A stretch of DNA of 64,000 bases from Negaprion brevirostris (GCA_030324005.1 JARDVH010000132.1:64061434-64125433), one strand, 5' to 3'. Positions 36,950 to 49,547 are shown, numbered from the stretch's first letter. Made by a program: numbers and translations. Notes: generated by a model not told the origin, from the sequence alone.

Positions 36950-37795
36950 AGAGGTATATTAGATCTAACAGAGATGTATAAGATTATGAAGGGTATAGAT
37001 AGACTGAACAGTGGTAAGCTTTTTCCCAGGTTGGATACGAAAATTATGAGGGGCCATGGGCTTAGGGTGAGAGGGGCGAGGTATAATTCGGATGTTAGAG
37101 GGAGGTTTTTCACACAGAGGTTTGTGGGGGCCTGGAATGCACTGCCTAGTAGGGTGGTGGAGGCAGACATGCTAGAGTTGTTTAAGGCTTACTCAGATAG
37201 GCACATGAGCAGACTAGAGATGGAGGGGTACAAAAGATTGTTCTAAATAAGGATCAAGAGCCTTAGGATGTTCCTGGGAATCAATTGATTCCTATGGACC
37301 GTCCAACATATTTTATGGCTCACTTGTCTTATGTTTGAGCTTCTGGGGATTCTGTGAATGTCTGCATAAGCTGTGCATGTTGATTGATGTCTTTTTTTTA
37401 AATCCACAGGTGATTCGGTTCGTCTTGTTGTCCAACAAGGGGCATACACGCGGTGGGTCATGCGAGGGCTGCTCTTGGATGTTGCTTCGAGAGTTGCCTT
37501 GTGCTTCACGTCGTTAGTGTACGCCTAAACTGGACCAGCTGAAGGGCAACATGACAGCTCAGTGACTATCACTGTTTGCTGTGCAGNNNNNNNNNNNNNN
37601 NNNNNNNNNNNNNNNNNNNNNNNNNNNNNNNNNNNNNNNNNNNNNNNNNNNNNNNNNNNNNNNNNNNNNNNNNNNNNNNNNNNNNNGGCATAGACAAAGG
37701 TCATAGGTCGAAGAGGGCCCTCTCAATGTTAAAATGGTGGCGCGGGCTTGTTGGGCCGAAGGGCCTGTTTCCTGTGCTGTGTTGTTCTTTGTTCT
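36950..37795 (+). mobile_element. CR1 3' end with extra sequence between ORF2 end and terminal tail
   Basis: MYKIMKGIDRLNSGKLFP..RGHGLRVRG..FFTQRFVGAWNALP; tail gggccgaagggcctgtttcctgtgctgtg after the gap. Confidence 0.9.
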
Positions 37796-38796
37796 AAAAT
37801 CTGACATTTGTATTTGCAGACAGTCATTTAATTATTTTACAGGGGACAATTGCATCAAAGCAAACATTTATTTACAACTGTAATTATTTAGAACCTATAC
37901 CCACTTGGTTCTTCTCAGAAATTTCTTGCCCAGGCTCATGGTGTGTTAACATTACTAACACTAATTCCTAGACTACAAAGTCTACCTTTAAAATACTTTA
38001 ATGGACTGACTTTCATGGTACATTAGACACTTCAGTCCATCCCTAGGACCAATGTAACCCAGACATACAGACATTTGGATCCCCTGTTTGCTGGCTGCAA
38101 GGATCCAATTAGAAGTAATTTGGCATATCATCTCACTAATGGTTTGAGGGAATAAAATAATAGCATCAAATTAATCATTCAGCACCAATTTACATGAAAT
38201 TATCAATCCCACTCAGAGAATCTGGGAAATCAAAACATATTGCACTGGTGCTTTTTGATATATGACTGAGCATTTTGAAGGGAACTGAACTTTGCATCGG
38301 AACTTCACTCACCTTGATGAAGACAAAAATTCACACAAAATTAAAAGTAAGTAGCCTCTTCTTCCACTGACTTTCATTTTGCTGTTGTTTCCTATACAGT
38401 AGCTGGTAAGATCCCAGCCCCTCCTTACCTACTCATTAAAAGGGAAAAATGTTGGGATAAAAACACAAACCAAGTCATTTAGCAATTTTAGGCATCTTGT
38501 GAGCTCACAACCTGATAAGTAAAAGAAACTCCTTAATTAAATATTTTTTAATGGATCAATTGCAATTTTTCTATTTGCTGCTAGATTTTTCATTGACACC
38601 CATTATTCCGACCTGCAATAAATGAGACAATCTCCCCCTGTGTTTTTTGAATGCTTGAAGCATTCATCCCAATTTATCCTCTGATATCATACAGTGTAAC
38701 TCCTCAGCTTCAGTCTTCTTTTATAACTGTACTTGGAGAGATTGAGATGAATATTGATTAGCTCTGACTATAATTATGAAGTTGTGCTTCCATTCT

Positions 38797-39040
38797 TGAT
38801 TTTCAGAAGGCGTTTGACAAGGTACCTCACAAGAGGTTATTGCAGAAGGTAAGGGGGCATGGAGTTGNNNNNNNNNNNNNNNNNNNNNNNNNNNNNNNNN
38901 NNNNNNNNNNNNNNNNNNNNNNNNNNNNNNNNNNNNNNNNNNNNNNNNNNNNNNNNNNNNNNNNNNNAATGGCGGGGCAGGCTCGAAGGGCTGGATGGCC
39001 TACTCCTGCTCCTATTTCTTATGTTCTTATGTTCTTATAT
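38797..39040 (+). mobile_element. Young CR1, collapsed in gap
   Basis: LDFQKAFDKVPHKRLLQKVRGHGV, gap, then tail with (TTCTTATG)n. Confidence 0.9.
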
Positions 39041-39924
39041 TAAACATACAGTTTACAATACCAGTCACAATTATTTTGTTCCATTTGATTAATTTAGAAT
39101 AGACTGACGTGTTAATGTTTTTAATCCAATTTTTATGCTTAACATATCCAGATATGTCCCAAGTGACTCTAATTTAATATTATTTCTTTGTAACAGTTAT
39201 TACATTTGTATTTTCTAATAAAGCCATTTAAAACAGCTTGCGGTATCAATTTATTTCCAATGATGTTGACATTGTGGTTGCAGGAGCCTAATTAAAATAT
39301 TCAAACTGGTCAACTAACTATGAGGCTCCCTCAACACCATCTTCATGTCAGTCAGTGCAACCATCCTTAAAACATGGGCAGGATATCACACACATGCACA
39401 TGTGCACACACAGCTACCCTCCCCCCCTCCTCCAAACACCTACCCATTCACCTTGGCTGGTAGAGGAGGAAAACCCAGGCCAAAAGAAAACCTGCTTTTG
39501 ACCTCCATTTTTACATGAATTCCAACACAGAGGCAAACATAAGAGTTAGTTAAATTCGACTCCATAACTTGTCCCCAGTCCTCAGCCACTTCCCTGGTGA
39601 CCAGGACTTTGTACTTATTCTATTTCCCTCTAGTTCTGCTTTTTACGCAAACAGGCAAAAATATTTTATTAATTAGCTCTGCTGCTTAGCATTTTTTAAT
39701 AATCATTTTTGTTAATTACTCACTTTTTTTAAATTTTAAATTTAATGCATTGACTTCGTTGTTTATGTTTCCTTCTTATCTCTTGTTTTTGAAACTCTTG
39801 TTTAATGTTGTTACAAACCAGATCTCAAGCAGCTGTTGCTGGCTTTCTCGCTGAAGGGGAATGAAAGGTTCATGAGAAATCTGACTGCTTTTTGGAGACC
39901 TGGCCAAAGGTTATTTTTGTTCTA

Positions 39925-40132
39925 ATAGAAACAGGAAGCATTGGAAATGCTCAGCACATCTGGCGGCATCTGTGCAAAGAGAAACAATGACCTTGATCAG
40001 AACGAGCACAGATTGTAGACATGAAACATTCACTTTGTTCCTCTCTCCATGGATGCTGTCTGGTCTGCTGGGCATTTCCAGCATTTCCTGTTTAGATTTC
40101 AGTTTTCCAACATCTGCCATACTTTGCTTTCC
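39925..40132. mobile_element. Inverted-repeat (tail-to-tail pLTR) Penelope-derived short element
   Basis: aaacaggaagcattggaaatgctcagca... pairs with ...tgctgggcatttccagcatttcctgttt; right arm matches 21909-21999. Confidence 0.7.
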
Positions 40133-40949
40133 TATTAACTGCGTCATGGTGAGATTTTGTAAATGCAATTAGTTTCAATTTAAAATTTTAAAAACCTATC
40201 ACCCAATGCAAAGTATAATATTTCTGTTAAAAAAGATCCACTAGTGTGGATAGAAATAGCACGTTATTGCAGGTGAATTGGTTGATGCTAATTTACTGGA
40301 AGGTTTTGCCATTTGTAAACTTGGGAGTAAAACCAGGAGCCGGATGCCAATAAAATATATCACTGTTAGTTCAAAATATTCTCATTCATGCAGAACATTG
40401 TTGTTTGCAGTGCTTATGAGATTCAAGTCGTTTTGATGTTGCTGTCCAGATATTCTACAGGGCTGGGTTCAAAGAGGCAGAGTTGGTTGTATAATATGAA
40501 CAATCAAGCCTTGGTTGTAAAGTGTATCATACAGAAACCTAAGCTTTCATGGGTTTTATCAGTAAAGGTACAGAGTGCAAAAGCTAAGATGTTTCGCCAA
40601 ATCATTTGAAACAGTTCTACACATTGTTACTGTGGTTCCCAATTTTGAGCACCCGAGAATTAAAGGGCATAGGGAGGATAAGGGTAATGGAGACAGGAGA
40701 AGCACCAAAGCCCATGATGTCTTTCCCTGGCCCTGATTGTTCTCACTTGCTCTGGTGATCACTGTAATGCCATATTTGTACAAAAAACAATGAGGAAGCG
40801 GCAGTCAGTGGTGTGCTTTCTCTGGTATCATTATTGTGGGCCTTAGTTGCCTTTATTTAGGATTGACAGGGACTGCTGGAGACAAAGCTGTTGATAAGTT
40901 TTACATTCTACTGAACATTCTATTAACTATGTACAATACAAGGTGTAGC

Positions 40950-41390
40950 AAAGCTCAAAATACATGTCCGACATTAGATGTGATTTCGCAATCAGACACC
41001 ATTTGCTAAGTAATCTTCAGTGTGCTGAAATTACACTAGTAATCATCTTAAGATTGTCAGTTGAGCTCATGATGTGGCACATTTACATATCCTGGAAGCT
41101 ACATATATTAATACACAGGGTATTGTTCTTTGCATACAGAAGAACAGGTATGCACATTGCATCTGTTTCAACTAAACAAAACAAGTGACAGCCATTCACT
41201 GGTTCATTCCTCAGGACAATGCCTTGACCAATCAGAGAAAATCTTCTCGCAATCAGAATATATTTGCCAAGCAATCAGGGCTCTCTTCTCAAACAGTATA
41301 AAGTTGTTGTTTTCCCTTACATAGGTGTTCTAGTGATTCCTGATGAGTGCAATAGGAAACTCTTTGACAAAATGACATTTTTTTCAGCAA
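40950..41390 (+). mobile_element. Penelope 3' end (GIY-YIG C-terminus plus pLTR)
   Basis: IRCDFAIRHHLLSNLQCA and HLHILEATYINTQG; pLTR with ccaatc, tataaa and CTGATGAGTGCAATAGGAAA. Confidence 0.85.
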
Positions 41391-41399
41391 TATATGACA

Positions 41400-44030
41400 A
41401 AGGCTGCAGAAAAGATAAATTGAAAATGAAGTTGCTCACGCCAACCATATGATGTACAATTAACAGAAGTGCAGAATTTCCTGAGACTCTTTGAAAATGA
41501 GAAAATTATTTCAGCAGACTTTAAAATGAGTTATTAGATGAGAACGAGGCAGGCATTAAGCAGTATAGATAGGCACTTGCAGCAATTGAAAATGCAGACA
41601 TACATGACAGGGCAGCTGAAGGACCAAGATTTTTTAATCTTCAGCTTAGAGAAACAAGTGGCCTAAAGTCCCAGCTTGAGCACAGTACTCATCTTACAGA
41701 TACAGAAGAAATTATATCATTTCTCAACTCACAATAACAAGTGGAACAGTAAAACTGATAGACTAAATAGTTAGCTGGGAGCATTGAAAGTCTTCATCAA
41801 GCTGAAAAGATCTTAATCCAGGAAAGCACAGCCAATCCAAAACATTGCTATAAAGTCTGAAGAAATTTAAATTTTTACAAGAAGCTAACAAACAATTGTA
41901 TTAAAAAGAAATCAAATTGCAGTAGAGCGGGCTGCAGCTCGACTCAATCTGTAGCTTATGATCACAACAACAGGAGCAATTATTTAAGAAACTGATGGGG
42001 TAGAATATTAAGCTTTCCCCCGGCAGGTTCTGAGGCAGTGGGCTGGGGGGTTGGGGATGCGGGGGGCGGCAGGTGGGGGAGGTGGGATGGTTGAAGTGTG
42101 GTGGGGAGAGTGAAATTGCATGGATGGGATTCCATCCAGGTTCATTTGGCCGTGACATGATAATAATTTTATGTTGAGGAGAGGACGGTTTTGGACAAGA
42201 AGCCTGCCCCTGCTCCAGTAAAGGCCATTAAGTGGTCATTTCGGAACTTTACCTGGCCAGTCTCAATTTTTAGGCTGGCTGGTGGATGATAGTTTAGTGG
42301 TGGAAATGCATTAATAAAGTGAGTTCAATCTTTGGTGGGAAGAGGGTTGGGGTGGGGGTGGGGGTGGTGGGAAGGGGTACCTGTCCCTCAGAAACTCGTT
42401 TCTGATGGGGACAACCTCCACTTTGGGACCAGTGCCTCGAGATCACTTACGCCAATCTGTCCTATCTCTCAAATCCCTGATTACCCCTTTGGTGACCCCA
42501 AGGCTTTGTTTCACCTCTTTGCTCTGTCCTTCCACTTATCCTCTGGATCTTGGGATTGAGTGCCAGGCAGCACCCTGCATAACTCTTCTTGCCATTGCAG
42601 TGCTGTGTCTGGAGGTTCTGGAGAGCTGTCAGCCAATAGGATTGGCTGGTAACTCTCCAAGGTAGGACTTTCTCCTAAGTGAGGGCCGGAATAGGCCTTA
42701 ATCCAATTAATGCCCGTTACGGTGTCATATACATTTATACATTCGGGGCTGCTGGTGTTGTCTGTTCCTCCTCTCCCCCCACCAACACCATCCTGATGAT
42801 TCAGGCCATGGGATCATTATGGGCTGAAATGTCACAGAAATAAAATAAATGGACAAATTGGGCTTTGCGAAAATAAGGAGGAAGAATCAAAAGTTATAGA
42901 AGCCATACTGAAAATAGAGAGCAAAGTAGTTGAGATGAACAAGTAAGTAGAATAAAATAAAAAGTTGCAAAAGTAAGAAAATTACTAACATGAAAATGTG
43001 CTTGGATGAATATATTGGAGCCAAATGAAGCAGGAAACAAATTGTTGTGACCTTAGAAGATAAAATGAAAACAAGAAAAAGAGTGATAGGATCAGAAAAG
43101 AATGAAAGAGTGAGCAAAGCAAGGGGGAAAGCTTTGAAACTGTTGTGAGTGAGCTCTGAAAATATATAAAATTAATGTGTAACATATCACATTTCATATA
43201 TTAGATATTTCTATCTAATATTTATATAACTATAAGGATAAATTTAAGATTCTCCAGAAGGAAGTTTAAATAAGATATGCTAAAATACAAAGAAAAGTAG
43301 ATGGAAATGGGTGTTTCTGAACAAAAGAGTGAAAGGGCATACACAGATTGTTGACAGCTCCTGGCAAAAGTTGAATAGGAAAAGCAGCTCCATATGGGAG
43401 AGAAACCTTCCAGCCAGGGGTTGAGTAGCAGAGGCATTAGTATTCATTGCTGGCAGAACAGTAGAAAGAGAAATGGGTGAGGTAAAAATTTCACAGGATC
43501 TTGAAGAGTAAAAGACCAACATGTAAATGGGATAGGAAAGTCAGTTAGAAAGCTACAAAAGAAGATATGGGGAAAGTGAGTGATTGTGAAGAAAACAATG
43601 AAACAAGAAATATTTTCACCTTAAGGAAGGGAGAAATTGAGAAGGAGTTGAAAGGGGAGAACAGATCCTTGGCTGTATGCTGCAAAACAAAATAGATCAA
43701 GGGTCCCAGATGTAGTTAGGAGAGCAATTGCTTCTGCTTAAGAGCTTTGAGGAAGGCTTTGAACAGAAAATAAAATCTGACACAGAATGACATGAATTGC
43801 TAGGTGATGTGTGAATGCAGCAAATAGAATTGCAACACAGACTGAGAGAAGCAGAAAATAAGAAGCAGAAAGCATGCAAAGAACTTGCCAAACTGCAAAA
43901 AAAGACCTTTGTACGCTCTACAAGGTTGTGATAGACATTATTGGAAAAGAAATTAACAAAAAAACCAAAGAAAAGATCCAACTCGGAGATCTGGAACTGA
44001 AGCACAACCGCTGAGCGAATAGTACCAACA
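41400..44030 (+). pseudogene. GOLGA4: GOLGA4 (golgin-245)-like pseudogene, heavily decayed, split by an insertion at about 41997-42830
   Basis: 43790-44010 reads HELLGDV*MQQIELQHRLREAENKKQKACKELAKLQK/KDLCTLYKVVIDIIGKEINKKTKEKIQLGDLELKHN, versus recalled human GOLGA4 KLLSNMEAQHNDLEFKLAGAEREKQKLGKEIVRLQKDLRMLRKEHQQELEILKKEYDQEREEKIKQEQEDLELKHN; YSLLAEQ*KEK at about 43440 versus YSLIVAQHVEKE. The 5' extent is inferred only from E/K/Q-rich composition. Confidence 0.75.
41997..42830. mobile_element. GC-richer non-autonomous Harbinger-like insertion
   Basis: Starts ggggtagaatatt; abrupt composition change within the purine-rich pseudogene. Confidence 0.55.
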
Positions 44031-45126
44031 AATGGAAATACAGATAATGGAACGAATCTGAGATTAAAAGTTAATTTTGAGGCTTAGTGTAAATGGTTAC
44101 AGAATTTTGATCCAAAGTATCTGTAGACCAAGTGGTCATGTTAAAGGTGTTAAGGAGAGATGGTTGGCCACTGACTATGCATCAATTAGTTGTTGAAAAT
44201 ATTGAAATTTTACTAACTGTTAACAAATGTGTTAACAAAGTTACAGAACATCCTGACCATGGAGGGAACTGACAACATACCAAATACTCAAGAATCCACT
44301 TGAAAAAGCAACAGCTGGTTCAGCAAAGATTAAAAAAATTTCATTTTCTGAGCATACAAAATCTGCCCATAAATCAAGGAATGAGCAAAAGGAAGCGCAT
44401 AGTGTAGATGTTGACATTTAACTTGACCTTTGAGGCCTTGAAAAATCCCTCAAGTACTGGACTTGAGTATAACTGTGGACTGCCAGTGTGGGTGTGGGTG
44501 GTCACTAATTTGAAATGTCATTGGCATCTATCACGAAGAGTGGGCATGTCTTAAACTCTGGCACAACTTTGCAGCACAGCCCATATTCCTGCTTGATTCA
44601 TTGTACCTGTTTATAGGATGCAGTAGGTCCCTTTTCAACAGTGCTCCTTTTAACATTAGTTTCACTTTAATGTTGGTCATTTAATCAGCCCTGCATTCCT
44701 GTTTTGCAGGGCAAGGTTCATCCTAAAGTCATTTCGCACAGTCTGACAAAAAATGACCGAATTGGTACAATTTTGGAACAGCCTCTCCTGCTTCCGGACA
44801 CTTGCTGCTGACCCTCTGATTTGTAGCCTCCACCACTCCCTGACTCACCCTCTCACTGCTGACCCTCCCTGACTCACTCTTTCAATGAACATGGCTCTCG
44901 CCAAATCTCCCAGTTGCCACTCCCCTTTCCTGAACTTGCATTCCCATTCATAGCCCTGATTCAGATCTGACTTGAAGGCAGAGATGCAGGATTGTGAAAG
45001 TGTGGGTCCTGACAGTGCAGAACTGTGGAGCTGGGGCAATCAATTGTTATATTTAAATGCATGCAATAGTACATGAAACCAGGAATGAGGTTACTTTCTC
45101 TCCACATCACTGTCTGCTGCGCACAA

Positions 45127-45480
45127 TTTTTAAAAATCCATTTGTGGGACGTGGTCATTGCTGGCTGTGCCAGCATTTATTGTCCATCCCTGAAGGCATT
45201 TAAAGAGTCAATCACATTGCTGTAGATCTGAAGTCACATGTAGATCAGATCAGCTAATGACAACAGCTTTCCTTCCTTAAAGGGCATTAGTGAATTGGAT
45301 GGATTTTTACGACAATTGACAATGGTTTCATAGTTATCATCAGACCTTTAATTCAGATTTTTTATTGAATTCATATTTCACCATCTGCCTTGTTTGGACT
45401 TGATAGTGGGATCTCAGATTATTACCCGTGGTCTCTGGATTACTAGTCCAACAATGATAGCATTACAGCACTACCTTCCC
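45127..45480 (-). mobile_element. tRNA-derived SINE (second family) sharing a LINE 3' tail
   Basis: Degenerate tRNA-like head ...ggactagtaatccagagacc; body ttcactaatgccctttaaggaaggaaa; tail gggatggacaataaatgctggc. Confidence 0.8.
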
Positions 45481-46249
45481 TAACCACCACTCCTCATTGT
45501 CATCATATCCCTAGTGTCCCAGCACCATCTCAGCTACTTATTTATAGAATCTAATCTTGAAAACCCTCTAGCCCCATGTAAACTATTTTTCTACCTTCAA
45601 TATTCAAAGCTAAATATACAATGGAGTTTTTTAAAAGTGATTTGTGTCAAAGATTTGCAGTTGAAACTGTTCCTCCTGCCTCTTGCTGCTCATCTCCAGA
45701 GCTCTGGCTCACAGCATTTATATAATGAAAAATTGAGACTGACTACTAACGCAAACATAGCGTGTCATGGGTGAAAGGGTTCAGGAAAAGGAAGTGGCAA
45801 GTGGGAACATTTGAAAAAAACATGGACACTGACAGCCTCAGCTCGACAATTCTGCACCATTGTGACATGCACTTTCACAGCCCCGGAACTCTGGCTTCAA
45901 ATCAGATCTGGATCTGGACCATTAATGGGAATCCAAGTTTAGGAGAGGCAAGTGGGGAGCCGGAGAGTCGGGGAGAAGAAAGTTCAGTGAGATAGGAGAG
46001 AGGGTGGGTCAGGAAGTGGGAGAAACTGCAGATTAAAGGGCCAGGGAGCAGAAAGGTGGGTTGGGGAATGGAGGAGGCAGCAAATCAGAGGGTTAAAGAG
46101 CAGGTGGGTGGGTTAGGGGGTAGAAGAAGCCAGAAGTTGGAGGGTCAGCATGAAGAAGCTGAGTCCAGGAGTGGCAAAGACCACAAGCTGGAGGGTTGGA
46201 AAGAGGAAGGGCTGCATCATCCAAAAGGCATGATGTCAAAGGGACAAAC

Positions 46250-46374
46250 ACCGAAAGCTTGTGAGTTTACTATCAAATAAATTGGTTGGACTTAAACCTG
46301 GTGTTGTCAGACTTCTTACTGTGTCAACCAAAAGGTGTCGATAGTAGTCATGATGTCGGTATGCCGGTGTTGGA
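46250..46374. repeat. Two opposed fragments of the 32853-type repeat, running into a gap
   Basis: ccgaaagcttgtgagtttactatcaaataaa... on +, then catgatgtcggtatgccggtgttgga on -. Confidence 0.7.
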
Positions 46375-46790
46375 NNNNNNNNNNNNNNNNNNNNNNNNNN
46401 NNNNNNNNNNNNNNNNNNNNNNNNNNNNNNNNNNNNNNNNNNNNNNNNNNNNNNNNNNNNNNNNNNNNNNNNNNTTTAGGAAGCAAATGGAAGGTAACTA
46501 GAAAGTTACCATATTTCTTTTATAGTTATATTTTGCTTTATTTTGTTTACCTACATAGGAAATTAGCAATGTAAAGTATTTAAACTTTTAGGGTATGATG
46601 TTTTAATGCTTTTGATTCTGATGAGGAAGGTCCTACAGAACTTAACTACTGGGAAAATAATAGAAAATGGGATTCGCTTAAAATTGTTTCACTTAAAGTC
46701 ACGATTTCCAGGATCAATAAATCCTCAGTTATATTGTAAGTAAAACGCATTTATGTAATGAAAAATTGAGGCTGACTACTAATGCATGTA

Positions 46791-46926
46791 AGGCTGGATT
46801 CTCTGATTTTGCCCACAGCTGCAGTTCTCCGGTCCTGCTGCAGTGAACGGAGATTTGGCTGAGCGCCAAATTCTCCATTCTCGCTGGCAACAGCAGCTGG
46901 TTGTGAATGACTGGAGAATTCCCACC
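46791..46926. mobile_element. MITE with internal palindrome
   Basis: ggctggattctc ... gagaattcccacc; central gagatttggc tgagc gccaaattctc. Confidence 0.7.
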
Positions 46927-47510
46927 AGCATGTCTTAGCTGAAAAGGGGGGTTGACTTGTATGCTGAGTATATGTTAAAAACATGATTTTTGAGGCCAGA
47001 AGAATAGGATCATCTTTTACGCCAGATTGACTTAAATGCCATAATTTACACATATGGACAACCAACAGATTAATCTTAGGCACAAATCAGGGAGTTTTGA
47101 GGCCTGTTTAGATGAAGAAACATTGGAAGAGAAGGTTAAAGTAACAGATATGCACACATTTTATGATGAAAGAGAGAAACTAGAGAAAAAATATTAATTT
47201 GCTGTGTGTAAAGTTCAGATTAATATGAAATAAGGAAAATGTATTATCTCCCTCTCTCCTGAGTCACACTGAAACCTGAACAAACTGGGAACATCTTCAG
47301 CTGGTTCTGTAGTTCAGGAAATGACAGTTTTAAACTTACAGTAGCAGGTGAAGATCTCCGCTGAAAAAGCAAATACAGCTAGAGTAATAAGCACCTAAAG
47401 TGATGGTTAACTTGCTGGATTTCCTGCCCTCTCACCAGTAAACAGGATGATTAGAATTGTCAGCTCGCCAAGTCAATGAAGCCCAAAGTTTCTTCGTGTC
47501 ATTAGGCAGG

Positions 47511-47584
47511 CATGATGTGGGTATGCCGGCGTTGGACTGGGGTAAACACAGTAAAAAGTCTGACAACACCAGGTTTTAGTCCAA
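47511..47584 (-). repeat. 32853-type repeat end
   Basis: Reverse complement of ttggactaaaacctggtgttg...ccccagtccaacgccggcat. Confidence 0.75.
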
Positions 47585-48184
47585 NNNNNNNNNNNNNNNN
47601 NNNNNNNNNNNNNNNNNNNNNNNNNNNNNNNNNNNNNNNNNNNNNNNNNNNNNNNNNNNNNNNNNNNNNNNNNNNNNNNNNNNNGATTTATTTGTCGCTG
47701 AACAGAGACTGATAGCCAAGCTCCACACACGAGGCAGGCAGTCAGACACATTGCCCACTACCAACCCAATCAGCACCCTGCACCTAAATCGCTCTTTATT
47801 GGCTGGCACAGAGTAAGTTAGTGCTCCCTGTCTTTTTCTGCTTTGGCTGCTCAGCATTCTTGGTTCAGGTAGCTGGTGTTTGAAGACTTCATTAAGGTTG
47901 TTAATTAGGGTGAGGCATCATTACTTGATATCTACTCTGTTTCAGAAGTGGACTGTCATCATTGAAGGCTTCTTTGAAAAAAAATAGTTTCAGCCTTACC
48001 TCCCAGATAGTCAGTGTTTTAATGCTGCTGATTTTGAAGGTGCGTGAGAGTTTTTGATTTTTTTTGATATATTTATTTCATTTTTCAACTGTTGGCTTTA
48101 AGTTCATAGTGATAAAAGAAGAAGACAATTTCTGCAGGAAAGTGCAGGACCTGATGTCACTCTGCCAGAGGAATTCTGATGCTC

Positions 48185-48570
48185 TTACAACAAAAACAGT
48201 TAAAGCCTTTTGAGACATTTCACAGATCATTAAAATTTGACAATGGGCTATATAAGGAGATGTTAGGAGTGATGGCTAAAAGTGTGGTCAAAGAGGTAGC
48301 TTTTATGGAATGTCTGAAAGGAGAAGGGAGATGCTGGAAACAGAGGATGAAGGCGAGTGGGGCAGAAATCCCAGAGCTTGAGACCTAGGTACTTGAAGGG
48401 ATGGCCATCAGTGGTGGAGCAATTAAAATGAGGAACGAATGCACAGGAGATCAGAATTAGAGACGCACAGCGATCTCTCGGGTTTATAAGGGTAGAATTG
48501 ATTGCAGAGATAGGGAGGGAAAAGACTGAGGAGAAATTTGAAAGAGATGAGAATTTTAAACACAAGTTGT
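48185..48570 (-). mobile_element. L2 3' fragment
   Basis: LKFSSLSNF, LGLKLWDFCP and KSYLFDHTFSH resemble L2 C-terminal motifs. Confidence 0.75.
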
Positions 48571-48639
48571 CCCTTAAATGAGCTCAGAGGTGAGAAGTGA
48601 ATGGGACCCAAGAAGCCAGATTCATAGCCAAGCACCTCT

Positions 48640-49330
48640 AGTAGGGTTTATGTTCAGAGACTGCTCCACCAGAAAAGCAAGCTTAGTATTCTGCTGATAG
48701 CCACAGTGTGACTTGGAAATATATCTGAGACTTCAGCCAGCAATTCCCAGGTATTGAAAGTTACAGTTGCCTTGAACCTCAACATAGCTTTCTTTCCTTT
48801 AAAGCTGCCAAAGGTAGCATCCATCGGATCAGCTAGTGTGCAAAGCACCACGACACACACCAGGTACCTAACGCCTTGTTTACCAGAGAGGATGAAGGAA
48901 ATTTATCAGGAGCTGATGAGGATTCATTTTTCCCAGGTGACTGCATTTCAAATATGGAACCCACAAGGCTCTATTGAAAAATGCCAAGATTTGTATCAGT
49001 AAGAAATGAGTTATGTGACCAATATATTGGTTGGATACCAGGTACCCTGCAAGCTGCTGTGTTACATTTACTCTATACTATTCGTAGTGTCACCATGGAA
49101 CNNNNNNNNNNTTGAGAGTAAATGGATGCATCTTGGTGAAGCAAGAAACTATCTTCAGCCATGGCTCATGGTGTCTATCTAAAATTCACCAATCATGGCT
49201 GACAGGAAAAAGGATGAAGCATGTGCAACTAAACGATACCGATAAAACAGAAGCATGAAGTAAAGCATCGCTAAAGCTTTTTAAGATGATCATAGTATAT
49301 CATATGCTGCATATGATGCCCTCAGAAGGG
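48640..49330 (+). mobile_element. Harbinger transposase relic
   Basis: VLKVTVALNL, SFKAAKGSIHRIS*CAKHHDTHQVPNALFTR, RYPASC and LQPWLM. Confidence 0.75.
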
Positions 49331-49486
49331 GAGTCATCATGTAGCCACCAAGGATCCTATCACAAAAATCTGCATTAAATCAAAATTCAACTCCATATAG
49401 ATATGCCTCTAACAGTGCATGGTGCAGTGTTAATAATTATATTGTCCTAGTGGCCCTCACTTTCTAGGATTACATTATTTAGATTT

Positions 49487-49547
49487 GGGTGGCACGGTAG
49501 CACAGTGGTTAGCACTGCTGCTTCAAGCTCCAGGGACCTGGGTTCGA
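49487..49547 (+). mobile_element. HE1 SINE 5' head, truncated by gap
   Basis: gggtggcacggtagcacagtggttagcactgctgc...gggttcga. Confidence 0.9.

Noticed and set aside
46618-46650. CTGATGA hammerhead-like start
   Set aside because: Core and stems too degenerate to call.
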